64,000 bases of DNA, taken from Candidatus Enterousia sp. (GTDB lineage: Bacteria > Pseudomonadota > Alphaproteobacteria > Rs-D84). The position numbers and the translations under genes are program-made. Shown one piece after another: positions 1-10,024 of the stretch (position 1 is its first letter; every line of letters starts with the position of its first letter). The stretch is taken from positions 64,001-128,000 of the forward strand of contig JAZLBQ010000026.1 in NCBI GenBank assembly GCA_045613785.1, in the 5' to 3' direction. The notes below the pieces were generated by a model. The model made no database searches. It saw only the letters and a list, made by a program, of their open reading frames with translations, and was not told where the DNA came from.

Positions 1-1020
1 GCTTTAACCCAAAGTGCAGCGGCAGACGCTCAGAACTATCCGTTTTGCACCATAGAACCGAACACAGGTCGTGTTGTTGTTCCTGATTCAACCTTGCATG
101 AATTGGCACGTGTTGCTGGCTCGCAAAAGATTTTACCGACACAACTTGAAATTGTTGACATTGCAGGTCTTGTCCGTGGTGCATCAAATGGCGAAGGTTT
201 AGGTAATAAATTCCTGGGCAATATTTTATCGACTGACGCAATTATTCACGTTGTTCGTTGTTTTGAAAATGACGACATTGTTCACGTTCACGGTCAAATT
301 GATCCATTAGGCGACATAGAAACGATTGAAACAGAATTGATGTTGGCAGATCTTGAAAGCATTGATAAACAAATAAAAAACCTTGAAAAAAAGGCACGTG
401 GTCTGGACAAAGACGCAATAAAATTATTATCGGATGCCCAGGCAATCAAATCGAATTTAGAAAAATCAATACCTGCCCGTCTTGGCGATATTGATTCCAG
501 TCCATTTAACTTATTGACCACCAAGCCAGTGATTTATGTATGTAATGTTGACGAAGCATCGGCAGCCACTGGTAATAAATATTCAGACCAAGTTCGTGAA
601 AAATTTGGTGCGACAAATGATGTATTGGTAATATCATCAAAAATAGAAATGGAGATTTCACAAATTGTTGACCCAGACGAACGGAAAATGTTTTTAGACG
701 ACCTTGGCTTATCAGAATCAGGTCTGGATCAAGTTATAAAGACAGGTTATAAAACACTTGGGCTGCAAACATATTATACCATTGGTCCAAAGGAAGCACA
801 TGCCTGGACAATTACAACTGGAATGACTGCACCGCAGGCTGCTGGAAAAATTCACACAGATTTTGAACGTGGTTTTATCCGTGCCGAAGTAATTTCACCT
901 GCTGACTTTATTGCACTTGGTGGCGAAGTTGCCGTCAAAGAAGCAGGCAAGATGCGTCTGGTTGGTCGTGATTATATAATGCAGCCTGGCGACATATGCC
1001 ACTTCTTATTTAACACATAA
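1..1020 (+). CDS. ychF: Redox-regulated ATPase YchF (Obg family), 5'-truncated by window edge
   Basis: Frame 1 is open from base 1 (AQNYPFCTIEPN); DIAGLVRGAS, GEGLGNKFL, TAPQAAGKIHTDFERGFIRAEV. Confidence 0.96.
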   Translation, partial: ALTQSAAADAQNYPFCTIEPNTGRVVVPDSTLHELARVAGSQKILPTQLEIVDIAGLVRGASNGEGLGNKFLGNILSTDAIIHVVRCFENDDIVHVHGQIDPLGDIETIETELMLADLESIDKQIKNLEKKARGLDKDAIKLLSDAQAIKSNLEKSIPARLGDIDSSPFNLLTTKPVIYVCNVDEASAATGNKYSDQVREKFGATNDVLVISSKIEMEISQIVDPDERKMFLDDLGLSESGLDQVIKTGYKTLGLQTYYTIGPKEAHAWTITTGMTAPQAAGKIHTDFERGFIRAEVISPADFIALGGEVAVKEAGKMRLVGRDYIMQPGDICHFLFNT

Positions 1021-1021
1021 A

Positions 1022-1048
1022 AATTCCCCCTTGTGGGGGATTTTTTTT
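1022..1048 (+). terminator. Rho-independent terminator after ychF
   Basis: TCCCCC-TTGT-GGGGGA followed by a T run. Confidence 0.75.
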
Positions 1049-1100
1049 ACCTTTTTTATATTGAAATTATTGTCATAAATATTAAAATAAAAATGTTAAA

Positions 1101-1147
1101 AATTCCCGGTCTTTTTGATAATTTTGTTCAAAAAAGCCGGGAAATTA
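1101..1147. repeat. Long imperfect inverted repeat at the dnaG 3' end
   Basis: TTCCCGGTCTTTTTGA ... TCAAAAAAGCCGGGAA. Confidence 0.5.
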
Positions 1148-1149
1148 TT

Positions 1150-2775
1150 TTATAAAGAAATCAGCAATTTTAATTTTTCATTATATTTTTTTAAATCGTT
1201 ATCAATCTGTGCAATTTCATCACGAATTTTAACATCACCTGTTTCCAGCAACCGATTTGTCAGTTCACGTTTTTTTGTATTTAGTTTTTCCAAATAGCGT
1301 TGCAATTTTAACGATACAATAAATTTTTCTGCTGACACTAAATCCATATTTAAATCTGGTGCATTACCATCGAAATCGATTCCCAGTGTTCCCAAGAATT
1401 CCAAATATCTTTCTGCCAGTTCTGGGAAAGTATTCACAATATACAGCAACGTTCTTTTAGTAATTGCATCGATATCAGGCAGTTTAATATTTATTGGTTC
1501 TTTAACTTTTTTCCAACTTTGCCAGTTTTGAAATTTCCGCTTATCGTATTCTTGTTTATAGTGTTTTTTTAATTCATTATCAGCCAACTTTTCCGATTCT
1601 GCGTCCAAGAATTTTTCAGCCTGTGCACGTCCTCCTGGCGTTGAAACGACAAAGTTGTTATTTGCTATTTCCCACAAGAAATCAGTCAACCCAACCGCAT
1701 CATCAATAATTTTACGCATTGCATCGACGCCGCCATTTTCAAGTATTTCATCAGGGTCTTTACCACCTGAAACAAATGCAAATTTGATATCAGACGTATC
1801 ACGAACAAACGGCATAACAATACTGCATGCACGTGCTGCGGCCTTTTGTCCTGCCCCATCGCCATCAAAACAAAAAGTAATATTTCGATTAGATTTACAT
1901 AGCAACGCAATATGGTCTTCGGTCAGTGCTGTCCCAAGAGGTGCAACAGTTTCACCAAAACCATTACATTGCATTTTAATTGCGTCAATTTGTCCTTCGA
2001 CAACGATACTACGGTTTGCACGATGAATTGCATCACGTGCAAAGTTCAAACCGAAAACAGTTTTACGTTTATGAAAAATATCAGTATCAGTTGTATTTAT
2101 ATACTTTGGTTCACTTCCGTCCAGTGAGCGTCCAGAAAAAGCAACAACTTTACCCTTGGCGTTAAACAAAGGGAACATCAATTTATCACGAAAGAAATCA
2201 TACATTCCATAATCGCCACGCCGGCAAAGTCCAGCATCAATCAGGTATTTTGAATCTGCATATTTATTTGCGATGATATTATTTTTTGGTGCATATCCGA
2301 TACGATATTTTTTTATCATATCATCTGTGAATCCACGTTTACGGATATAATCCAATGCAACCGCCCCATCAGGTGTGAATAATTTTTCAGAATAAGTCTG
2401 TGCGGCTTTTTCGCAAATATCAAACAACGCTTCTTCACGTTGCACGACATTTTGTGGTCTAGGCTTGTATTCTGGCATTTTCATACCAGCCATATTAGCC
2501 AGTTCTTCGATTGCTTCCTTAAAGTCAATATTATTGACCTTCATAGTAAAAGAAATGATATCTCCACTTTCGCCACAGCCAAAGCACTTACAAATACCCT
2601 TTTCTTCATTTACACAGAAACTGGGGGTTTTTTCATTATGGAAAGGGCAACACCCCCAATAATTTTGCCCTTTTTTTGTCAGCGGCACACGTCGTCCGAC
2701 CACATCAACGATAGACAGTCGTTGACGCAGTTCATCGGTAAAGTTTGAATAACTAAATTTACCTTGTTGTGCCAT
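1150..2775 (-). CDS. dnaG: DNA primase
   Basis: CPFHNEKTPSF...CFGC zinc finger; FSGR, PKYINT, VVEGQID, FCFDGDGAG, KDPD Toprim motifs. Confidence 0.97.
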   Translation of the reverse strand: MAQQGKFSYSNFTDELRQRLSIVDVVGRRVPLTKKGQNYWGCCPFHNEKTPSFCVNEEKGICKCFGCGESGDIISFTMKVNNIDFKEAIEELANMAGMKMPEYKPRPQNVVQREEALFDICEKAAQTYSEKLFTPDGAVALDYIRKRGFTDDMIKKYRIGYAPKNNIIANKYADSKYLIDAGLCRRGDYGMYDFFRDKLMFPLFNAKGKVVAFSGRSLDGSEPKYINTTDTDIFHKRKTVFGLNFARDAIHRANRSIVVEGQIDAIKMQCNGFGETVAPLGTALTEDHIALLCKSNRNITFCFDGDGAGQKAAARACSIVMPFVRDTSDIKFAFVSGGKDPDEILENGGVDAMRKIIDDAVGLTDFLWEIANNNFVVSTPGGRAQAEKFLDAESEKLADNELKKHYKQEYDKRKFQNWQSWKKVKEPINIKLPDIDAITKRTLLYIVNTFPELAERYLEFLGTLGIDFDGNAPDLNMDLVSAEKFIVSLKLQRYLEKLNTKKRELTNRLLETGDVKIRDEIAQIDNDLKKYNEKLKLLISL

Positions 2776-5018
2776 TACTTTTTATTTGCCTTGTTATTTA
2801 TCAGTTTAATTGCGGTTTCCAAATCAGGTTGTTCTTTGACAGAAACATTGACCCGATTAGAAGATATATATGCACCATACCGCCCAGTTGGGTAAAAGAA
2901 AATCATTTTTTTAGTTTCTGGATTTTCACCGATTTTAATAGGTTCTGCTTTTTTACCAGCATTTGCCAATAATTCACGTGCGGTTTCCAGTGTTATTGTT
3001 TCTGCTGTCCATTGTTTTGCAGCGACATTTTTAGCCCCATCTGTGACATAAGGTCCAAATTTACCAACTCTAAATTCGATACCATCACCCAGTTCGACAG
3101 CATCAGATTTAACAGCCTGTGCGGTTGATTCTGCGGCCTGTGCGACTGCGGCATCGACTTTGCCCAACTGTTTAGTGTATTTACAGTCTGGATATTTTTC
3201 GCATCCTATAAAAGGTCCAAACTTAGACAATTTAATTCCCAGTTTTGCTCCACATTCTGGACAAACATCATTGTCATCAGGGAACAAGTGTTTATGCATA
3301 AACTCATTTATTTCATCGATAATATCTGCTGTTCTAATACCTCTTGCCCCATCAATCATATTGTTAGTAGGTGTCCAGAAATTTTCCAACGCAGTAATTT
3401 TATCTTGTTTACCATTTGAAACATCGTCCAAAGTATCTTCTGTTTTTGCGGTAAAGTTCACATCAACCAAATCAGTAAAATATTTATTAAGATAAGAAGC
3501 GATAACCCAACCACCATTTGTTGGATGGAAACGTCGTTGTTTATCCTGTTCAACATATGCCCTATCAACAATTGTTGACATAATAGTTGCGTATGTAGAA
3601 GGTCGTCCGATTCCCAGTTCTTCCATTTTTTTTACAAGAGATGCTTCTGTATATCTTGGTGGTGCCTGTGTAAAGTGCTGTTCAGGGATAAATTCTGTGA
3701 TAATGATTTTATCACCGACCTGCATATTTGGCAGTTTTGATTCTTTTTTATCGTCTTCGTCGTCTTTATCTTCGGTATAAACCTTCATAAATCCGTCAAA
3801 GGTTCGCACAGACCCCACAGCGTGGAACACACCGACGTGATTATCTGTTTCTATATCTGCTGCGACAGAATCAAATTCTGCATTTTTCATTTGGCATGCA
3901 ATAGTTCTTTTCCAAATAAGATCGTATAATTTTGCTTCATCACCACTAAGATTTTTTGCAGGTGCATCAAAGTGTGTTGGTCGAATAGCTTCGTGTGCTT
4001 CCTGTGCATTTTTTGATTTTGTTGCATAAATATTTGGAGAACTTGGCACAAAGTTATCACCATATTCCCGTCCGATAAAGTTTCTAATTTCGCTAACTGC
4101 ATCAGCGTTCAAGTTTGTTGCGTCGGTTCGCATATATGTAATTAAACCTTGTTCATACAAGTGCTGTGCGGCACTCATTGTTCGTTTAGACGCAAAGAAT
4201 AATTTTCGTGCGGCTTCCTGTTGCAGTGTAGATGTTGTAAAAGGTGCGGCAGGTTTACGTTGTGTTTTTTTCTTTTCGATATTGATAACGCTTGCACTAA
4301 CTTCTGGTGTTCCCAGAGTGTTCAAAATATTATCAACTTGTTCTTGATTTTCGATGGTCATTTTTTCAATTTTCTGACCATTGAATTTATTTAGCATTGC
4401 CTTGAACGCCACGGAATTTGCCGTGCAGGCTGATTCCAGACTCCAATATTCCACAGGTTTAAAGTTTTCAATTTCTTTTTCACGGTCAACGACCAGCTTT
4501 ACTGCCACAGACTGAACACGTCCTGCGGACTTTCCCAAATTTCTACGCCACAGCAACGGTGAAATACTAAAACCAATCAGATAATCTAATGCCCGTCTGA
4601 CCAGATATGCATCGACCAAGTTTTTATCAATTTCACGTGGTTCATCGATTGCGGCCTGAACAGCTTTTTTTGTAATTTCGTGAAAAGCGACACGATAGAC
4701 TTTTTTATCTTTAAGTAGTCTTTTAGCTTTAAGTATATCCAGCAAGTGCCACGCAATGGCTTCACCTTCACGATCAGGGTCGCTTGCCAGATAAACGGCA
4801 TCTGCTTTTTTTAATTCTTCTGTAATCAGTTTAATTTGTTTTTCTTTACCTGGCATAATCTGCCATTTCATTTTGAAATTATTTTCTGTATCAACGCTGC
4901 CGTTTTCAGGCACTAAATCACGGACATGACCAACCGATGCGATAACACGCCAACCGCTACCTAAGTATTTTTCAATAGTCTTTGCCTTGGACGGTGATTC
5001 CACAATCAGTAAATTCAT
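2775..5018 (-). CDS. topA: DNA topoisomerase I
   Basis: MNLLIVESPSKAKTI start at 5018; DPDREGEAIAWH, SAGRVQS, GLITYMRTD, AQEAHEAIRPT; one Zn ribbon plus C-terminal repeats. Confidence 0.97.
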   Translation of the reverse strand: MNLLIVESPSKAKTIEKYLGSGWRVIASVGHVRDLVPENGSVDTENNFKMKWQIMPGKEKQIKLITEELKKADAVYLASDPDREGEAIAWHLLDILKAKRLLKDKKVYRVAFHEITKKAVQAAIDEPREIDKNLVDAYLVRRALDYLIGFSISPLLWRRNLGKSAGRVQSVAVKLVVDREKEIENFKPVEYWSLESACTANSVAFKAMLNKFNGQKIEKMTIENQEQVDNILNTLGTPEVSASVINIEKKKTQRKPAAPFTTSTLQQEAARKLFFASKRTMSAAQHLYEQGLITYMRTDATNLNADAVSEIRNFIGREYGDNFVPSSPNIYATKSKNAQEAHEAIRPTHFDAPAKNLSGDEAKLYDLIWKRTIACQMKNAEFDSVAADIETDNHVGVFHAVGSVRTFDGFMKVYTEDKDDEDDKKESKLPNMQVGDKIIITEFIPEQHFTQAPPRYTEASLVKKMEELGIGRPSTYATIMSTIVDRAYVEQDKQRRFHPTNGGWVIASYLNKYFTDLVDVNFTAKTEDTLDDVSNGKQDKITALENFWTPTNNMIDGARGIRTADIIDEINEFMHKHLFPDDNDVCPECGAKLGIKLSKFGPFIGCEKYPDCKYTKQLGKVDAAVAQAAESTAQAVKSDAVELGDGIEFRVGKFGPYVTDGAKNVAAKQWTAETITLETARELLANAGKKAEPIKIGENPETKKMIFFYPTGRYGAYISSNRVNVSVKEQPDLETAIKLINNKANKK

Positions 5019-5022
5019 TTCC

Positions 5023-6168
5023 CTAACTCCCCTTTGCCGATAATTGTTGGTCCTTGTGAATATATGCGTTTTGACATAAACCAAATCCGAACATCAGTGA
5101 TAACAGACTGCTACCTCCGAAAGACATCAGTGGCAACGGCACACCCACGGTTGGTAATAACCCCAAAACCATAGAAATATTTATAAAGTAATAAACAAAA
5201 AAGTTCAACATAAATCCAAAGCAAATCAGTTGTCCAAATCTGTTGCGACATAATTTTGCACACCAAAACAGCACGACCACAATCCAAGTATAAATCAGCA
5301 ACAGGCTAAACGCACCGATAAAACCAAATTCTTCACCCAGCATAGTAAAAATAAAATCGGTTTGTTTTTCTGGCAAAAAAGATTGTTGTGATTGCGAGCC
5401 TTTCATATACCCTTTTCCTGTCATACCACCACTGCCAAAAGCAATTTTTGCCTGATTGATTTGATAACCTGCCCCTTGCAAATCGCTGTCTGGATTAAAC
5501 AGTGTAATAATGCGTCCACGCTGATAATCGTGCAATCCACCGAACCAAATTGCTGGTGCTGCCATCAGTCCTAATATTGCTGCGATAATAAACCATTTTT
5601 TATTTGCCCCAACGATATAGAAGACCCCAACTGTAATCATACCCAGTGATAATGCAGTTCCTAAATCAGGTTGTGCCACAATCAAACCGAATGGCACCAG
5701 CAGCATTAGTCCTGGCACCAGATAGTTTTTAAATTGTCCTAGTTCAACGGAATTAAACCAAGCAAAATATCGTGCCAACGCCAACACTAATGCAATTTTA
5801 ATAAGTTCAGAAGGTTGAATATGAATAAATCCCAGGTTTAACCAACGTTGTGCCCCCATACCTGTATGTCCGACAAAAGTAACCAAAACAATCATAATCA
5901 GTGCGACAGCATAAATCAGATAAGCCGACTTTACCCATGTTTTGATATTTGTAAATGCGGCGAAAAAGAACACACCAAACCCCAGCATAATTTTCATCAA
6001 CTGGCTAAACGCAAAAGGTTTCCAATTACCGCCTCCTGCTGAATACAGCACAACGATTGATATCGTCAGCACCATACACATAGGCACAAACAATCCCCAC
6101 GAAAAACGTCCCAGTTTTTCTGGCAGTGTCATCATATTTGCATTTGAAACACGTGTTTGTTTTGCCAT
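5023..6168 (-). CDS. rodA: Rod shape-determining SEDS glycosyltransferase RodA
   Basis: GAQRW, IQPSE, QPDLGT, FLPEKQTDFIF, GVPLPLMSFGGSS; follows mrdA. Confidence 0.95.
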   Translation of the reverse strand: MAKQTRVSNANMMTLPEKLGRFSWGLFVPMCMVLTISIVVLYSAGGGNWKPFAFSQLMKIMLGFGVFFFAAFTNIKTWVKSAYLIYAVALIMIVLVTFVGHTGMGAQRWLNLGFIHIQPSELIKIALVLALARYFAWFNSVELGQFKNYLVPGLMLLVPFGLIVAQPDLGTALSLGMITVGVFYIVGANKKWFIIAAILGLMAAPAIWFGGLHDYQRGRIITLFNPDSDLQGAGYQINQAKIAFGSGGMTGKGYMKGSQSQQSFLPEKQTDFIFTMLGEEFGFIGAFSLLLIYTWIVVVLFWCAKLCRNRFGQLICFGFMLNFFVYYFINISMVLGLLPTVGVPLPLMSFGGSSLLSLMFGFGLCQNAYIHKDQQLSAKGS

Positions 6169-6172
6169 TTGA

Positions 6173-7945
6173 TTAAATTCCTTTTAACAGTTCCTTCATC
6201 AACGCTGCTGCACTGCGTGCTGCTGGTCCACTTGAACCAGAGTGTTCAGTAACAACACAGACTGCATACTTTGGATTATCTGTTGGTGCATATCCAACAA
6301 ACAGTCCGTGATTTCGCATACTCCACTTTAATTGTTCATTGGTCAGAACACCACTTAAACGTTCTTTTTTAGAAATGCTACGCACCTGTGAAGTCCCGGT
6401 TTTACCGCCCATACGCTTACCTTTGACATTGATTGCACTGCCGCTGGCTGTTCCGCCTTTTTTTAGAACTTGTTCCAGTCCGTTCATCACAAATTTGATA
6501 TTTTTCTGTTGTAATCCCATCGTATCAAATTGTGGTATTTTATCTGTTTTAATCAGTCGTGGTATAATCTTTTTATTAGAAGCAACACGTGCCATCATTA
6601 CTGCCAACTGTAAACAGTTTGCCAAAATAAATCCCTGACCGATTCCAGAAATAACTGTATCACCGTGCACCCATCGTGTTCCGACCTGTTTTTCCTTCCA
6701 GTATCTATCTGGCATAACGCCTGGCATTTCACGTGCGATGACATCGTCCATAAATTTTTCTGTAAATCCCAGACGAATAGCCATTTCTTTGATAGCGTCG
6801 ATTCCGATACGCAATGCGACTTGATAGAAATAAATATCGCACGAATGTTTCAAAGCCCCTGCCAGGTCAACCCAACCATGTCCTTTTTCTTCCCAACAGT
6901 GATATCTGCGGTCGCCATAGTCCCAATGTCCTGGACAGAAAACTTTTTCACGTTCTGTTATTGCCCCTGCTTCCAAGGCCGCCAACGCTACAACGATTTT
7001 GAACGTTGACCCTGGTGGATAAAGCCCTTCAACGGCTTTGTTCATAAAAGGTTTTGCGATATCATCACGCAAGTTTTGGATATATTCATCACCGTCATCT
7101 TCACGGAACATATTCGGGTCAAAACTAGGTGTAGAAACCATTGCCAAAATATCACCTGTTTCAATATCCAACGCCACACCACAGCCAGAACGATGATTAG
7201 TCAATGCGTCATAAAGAACACGCTGTGCATTATCATTGATAGTTGTCTGGACATCATTACCAGCAACAGGCGGAATAAATTGAGATTTATCTTCACCTGT
7301 GATACGACCGACTGCATTAGTAATCATAACAGTCTGTCCTGCATCACCCTTCATATTATCGTTATAAATTTTTTCCAGTCCGGTGATACCAGTGGTTAAA
7401 AACGGAGCGTTTGGCACAGGATTTTTAGGTTCTCCTACATAACCGAATATTTGTGCCCCAGCAGGTCCTAATTCATATATACGTGCATATCCGCTTTCTA
7501 CGTGCAACCCAGGCAAATTTTTTGCTTGTAATTTTGCTAACTTTCCCCAGTTTGTATTTTCGCTGACCAAGACCGGTTGAAACTTTAATTGTTTTTTTAT
7601 TTTTTGTCTGATTTTATCGACTTTTTTTTGTTTAAGATTCAAATCATTTTGGACAACAGCAATCAGTTCATCTATATCGACAGCTTCTTCTGGGATGATA
7701 TAAATTCTGTAAATAGGTGCATCACGTGAAATAGGCACACCATTTCTGGACAATATTTTACCACGTTCAGGCATATCTATTTGAATACGGAAAGAATTAT
7801 TTTCGCTTTTCTTTTTATAGTCCTGATAACTAAACAGTTGCATTTGCAGCATACGCAAAACCAAAGCAGACGTCAAAACAGCCCCTGCTGTAAGGAACAA
7901 AGCACTTCTGCGGTCAAAGGTGCGTGAAACTTCTGTATCAATCAT
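6173..7945 (-). CDS. mrdA: Penicillin-binding protein 2
   Basis: N-terminal TM; YPPGSTFK (SxxK), SCD, KTGT motifs. Confidence 0.95.
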   Translation of the reverse strand: MIDTEVSRTFDRRSALFLTAGAVLTSALVLRMLQMQLFSYQDYKKKSENNSFRIQIDMPERGKILSRNGVPISRDAPIYRIYIIPEEAVDIDELIAVVQNDLNLKQKKVDKIRQKIKKQLKFQPVLVSENTNWGKLAKLQAKNLPGLHVESGYARIYELGPAGAQIFGYVGEPKNPVPNAPFLTTGITGLEKIYNDNMKGDAGQTVMITNAVGRITGEDKSQFIPPVAGNDVQTTINDNAQRVLYDALTNHRSGCGVALDIETGDILAMVSTPSFDPNMFREDDGDEYIQNLRDDIAKPFMNKAVEGLYPPGSTFKIVVALAALEAGAITEREKVFCPGHWDYGDRRYHCWEEKGHGWVDLAGALKHSCDIYFYQVALRIGIDAIKEMAIRLGFTEKFMDDVIAREMPGVMPDRYWKEKQVGTRWVHGDTVISGIGQGFILANCLQLAVMMARVASNKKIIPRLIKTDKIPQFDTMGLQQKNIKFVMNGLEQVLKKGGTASGSAINVKGKRMGGKTGTSQVRSISKKERLSGVLTNEQLKWSMRNHGLFVGYAPTDNPKYAVCVVTEHSGSSGPAARSAAALMKELLKGI

Positions 7946-8394
7946 TTATGCACCTTTTTAATAAGCGTTGTAATTGGGATATACAACAAGGTTGTCCAAA
8001 AGAAAATCCATAACCCCCACAGCAGGTTTAAAAACGTAAAATTCATTAAAACCTGAACCAGAACGGCACAACCAAAGAATACCATAAAAGCTGCGATTGC
8101 ATCTTTGTCCAGTCTTGTTAAATCAACCAAGGTTTGGAAACCGTTCAATGCACTGAACAGGCAATACATAGCAATCCAAAAGCAAACAGTTTCAAAATTG
8201 TAATCCAAACACAAACACATCAATATAGAAAAAATCGTGAACCATCTAACAGGCTGAACAAACGAGCAAAAGAAAATAGGAATTATTGCCAATACCCCTG
8301 CAGGATTCCAAAAACGTCCTGACAATCGCCACAAAGCCACCGTTATAAGAAACGGGAAAGAAATCTGCAAAAAGTTTATAATTTTGCTTTTCAT
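7942..8394 (-). CDS. mreD: Hydrophobic membrane protein, probable divergent MreD
   Basis: Multi-TM, 150 aa, overlaps both mreC and mrdA; call rests mainly on position. Confidence 0.6.
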   Translation of the reverse strand: MKSKIINFLQISFPFLITVALWRLSGRFWNPAGVLAIIPIFFCSFVQPVRWFTIFSILMCLCLDYNFETVCFWIAMYCLFSALNGFQTLVDLTRLDKDAIAAFMVFFGCAVLVQVLMNFTFLNLLWGLWIFFWTTLLYIPITTLIKKVHK

Positions 8395-9215
8395 CTGTAT
8401 TCATTTTGTGGTGTATCAAATTTCAATATTAAAACACGAGATAATTTATCGTGTGCGACAACATCAACATCGACACTGTCAATCATTTCACCGATAATTA
8501 AACCTGCTGGCAAAACCCCTGAAATATTACTAGAAACCAGTTTTATCCCTTTTGAAGGTTGGAATTCTGGGTCGCTAAAAAATCCCATTGTAGGATTATT
8601 TGAACCATTACCGGTCATAAACCCATAGACTTCTGACCCGACGACCCGAACGGCGATATTTGTATCGGCATCAGTCAAGGCTCTTACACGGGCGAAGTTT
8701 TCAGCCACATCGATTACGATACCGACTAAATGCATATCTGTTGTTGCGACTGCCATGCCACTTTCCAGTCCATCACGAATACCCCGATTTATGATAAAGG
8801 TGTTATGACCCAGGACACTGTTGTCATGGATAACATCAGCGATAACAGTATCTCTTGGTTGTGCATTGACGATATTTAACTCGTCATTTAGTTTTTTATT
8901 TTCTGCCAATGCGATATCGCACAAATTTTTATTGATTGTTGCGGCATCAAGTTTTGCTCTCAGTTCTTCATTTTCGGCACGCAGGTTTGACAGTTCTGCG
9001 ACATTATCGATTGTTCCCCCGACGACCCGAATAGGCCATGTAATAATATCACCTACGACTTGTGCGACAGGGACGACGATATGTCCCAGTGCGTTCATTA
9101 TTGCATAATCGGGTTTAGCGATCATAATATAGATGAACAGCACAGGCAGCACTGCCGCTGTTGCGACTGCCTTGGCCAGTGGATATAATTTGGAAGTGAC
9201 ATTATTTTTTTTCAT
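8391..9215 (-). CDS. mreC: Rod shape-determining protein MreC
   Basis: TM, coiled coil (LRAENEELR), INRGIRDG, LVGIV, PAGLIIG. Confidence 0.9.
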   Translation of the reverse strand: MKKNNVTSKLYPLAKAVATAAVLPVLFIYIMIAKPDYAIMNALGHIVVPVAQVVGDIITWPIRVVGGTIDNVAELSNLRAENEELRAKLDAATINKNLCDIALAENKKLNDELNIVNAQPRDTVIADVIHDNSVLGHNTFIINRGIRDGLESGMAVATTDMHLVGIVIDVAENFARVRALTDADTNIAVRVVGSEVYGFMTGNGSNNPTMGFFSDPEFQPSKGIKLVSSNISGVLPAGLIIGEMIDSVDVDVVAHDKLSRVLILKFDTPQNEYR

Positions 9216-9259
9216 CGCCTGCTACTTTAATCCTAAAAAGTCAGATATTCAATAAAAAC

Positions 9260-9324
9260 TTGATTTTTGAAATAAATATGGCACAATTGGGCTGGTCAAA
9301 GTGGCAGGCATTGCCACCAGACCA
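9260..9324 (+). promoter_or_regulatory. Putative sigma70 promoter and leader hairpin of rpmI-rplT
   Basis: TTGATT-16-(TG)CACAAT; then TGGTC/GACCA and GTGGCA/TGCCAC stems. Confidence 0.45.
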
Positions 9325-9354
9325 AGAACTATCTAGAAAATAAAAGGATATAAA

Positions 9355-9558
9355 ATGCCAAAATTAAAGACAAAGTCGTACTTAAAGAAACGTGCGTCTA
9401 TGACCGCAACCGGCAAAATCCGTGTTGCCCGCAACTCTCACAAGAAACTGTTGCGTAAGAAATCTGCCCGTGCGAACAAAGCGGGTGCAAAACCACAGTA
9501 TCTGAATGAAAATATGGTTGGACAGGCAAAAATCCTGGCACCATATGGGTTGAAATAA
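9355..9558 (+). CDS. rpmI: 50S ribosomal protein L35
   Basis: MPKLKTKS..KKR..TATGKI; upstream of rplT. Confidence 0.93.
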   Translation: MPKLKTKSYLKKRASMTATGKIRVARNSHKKLLRKKSARANKAGAKPQYLNENMVGQAKILAPYGLK

Positions 9559-9576
9559 GCAAGGGGGTAACAGGTC

Positions 9577-9945
9577 ATGGCAAGAGTAAAACGTGGAACA
9601 ACCGTAAAACAAAAGCACAATAAAATATTGGCACGTGCCAAGGGTTATTTGGGTCGTCATCATTCTACATACCGTGCGGCCCGTGAAAAGACAGAAAAGG
9701 CAGGACAGTATGCATACCGTGATCGTCGCGTTAAAAAGCGTGAATTTCGTGGTTTGTGGATTGTTCGTATCAATGCCGCTGTCCGTGCAAATGGTATGAC
9801 TTACAGCCAGTTTATGAACGGCTTGAAAAAAGCTGGTGTTGCTTTGGATCGTAAAGTATTGGCAGAAATGGCATATGCTGGTGATGCAAACTTCACAAAA
9901 TTGGTTGACACAGCGAAACGATTTATCAACGCCGAAAGTAAATAA
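9577..9945 (+). CDS. rplT: 50S ribosomal protein L20
   Basis: [39 protein letters not shown]. Confidence 0.97.
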   Translation: MARVKRGTTVKQKHNKILARAKGYLGRHHSTYRAAREKTEKAGQYAYRDRRVKKREFRGLWIVRINAAVRANGMTYSQFMNGLKKAGVALDRKVLAEMAYAGDANFTKLVDTAKRFINAESK

Positions 9946-9979
9946 TACCTTGTCGGCGGGGTATCTGTTTTGTAATAAT

Positions 9980-10003
9980 AAAGCCGTCGTTTGACGGCTT
10001 TTT
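9980..10003 (+). terminator. Terminator-like hairpin between rplT and pheS
   Basis: AAAGCCGTC-GTTT-GACGGCTTTTT. Confidence 0.65.
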
Positions 10004-10024
10004 AATTTTGATTGGGGTAAAGTT

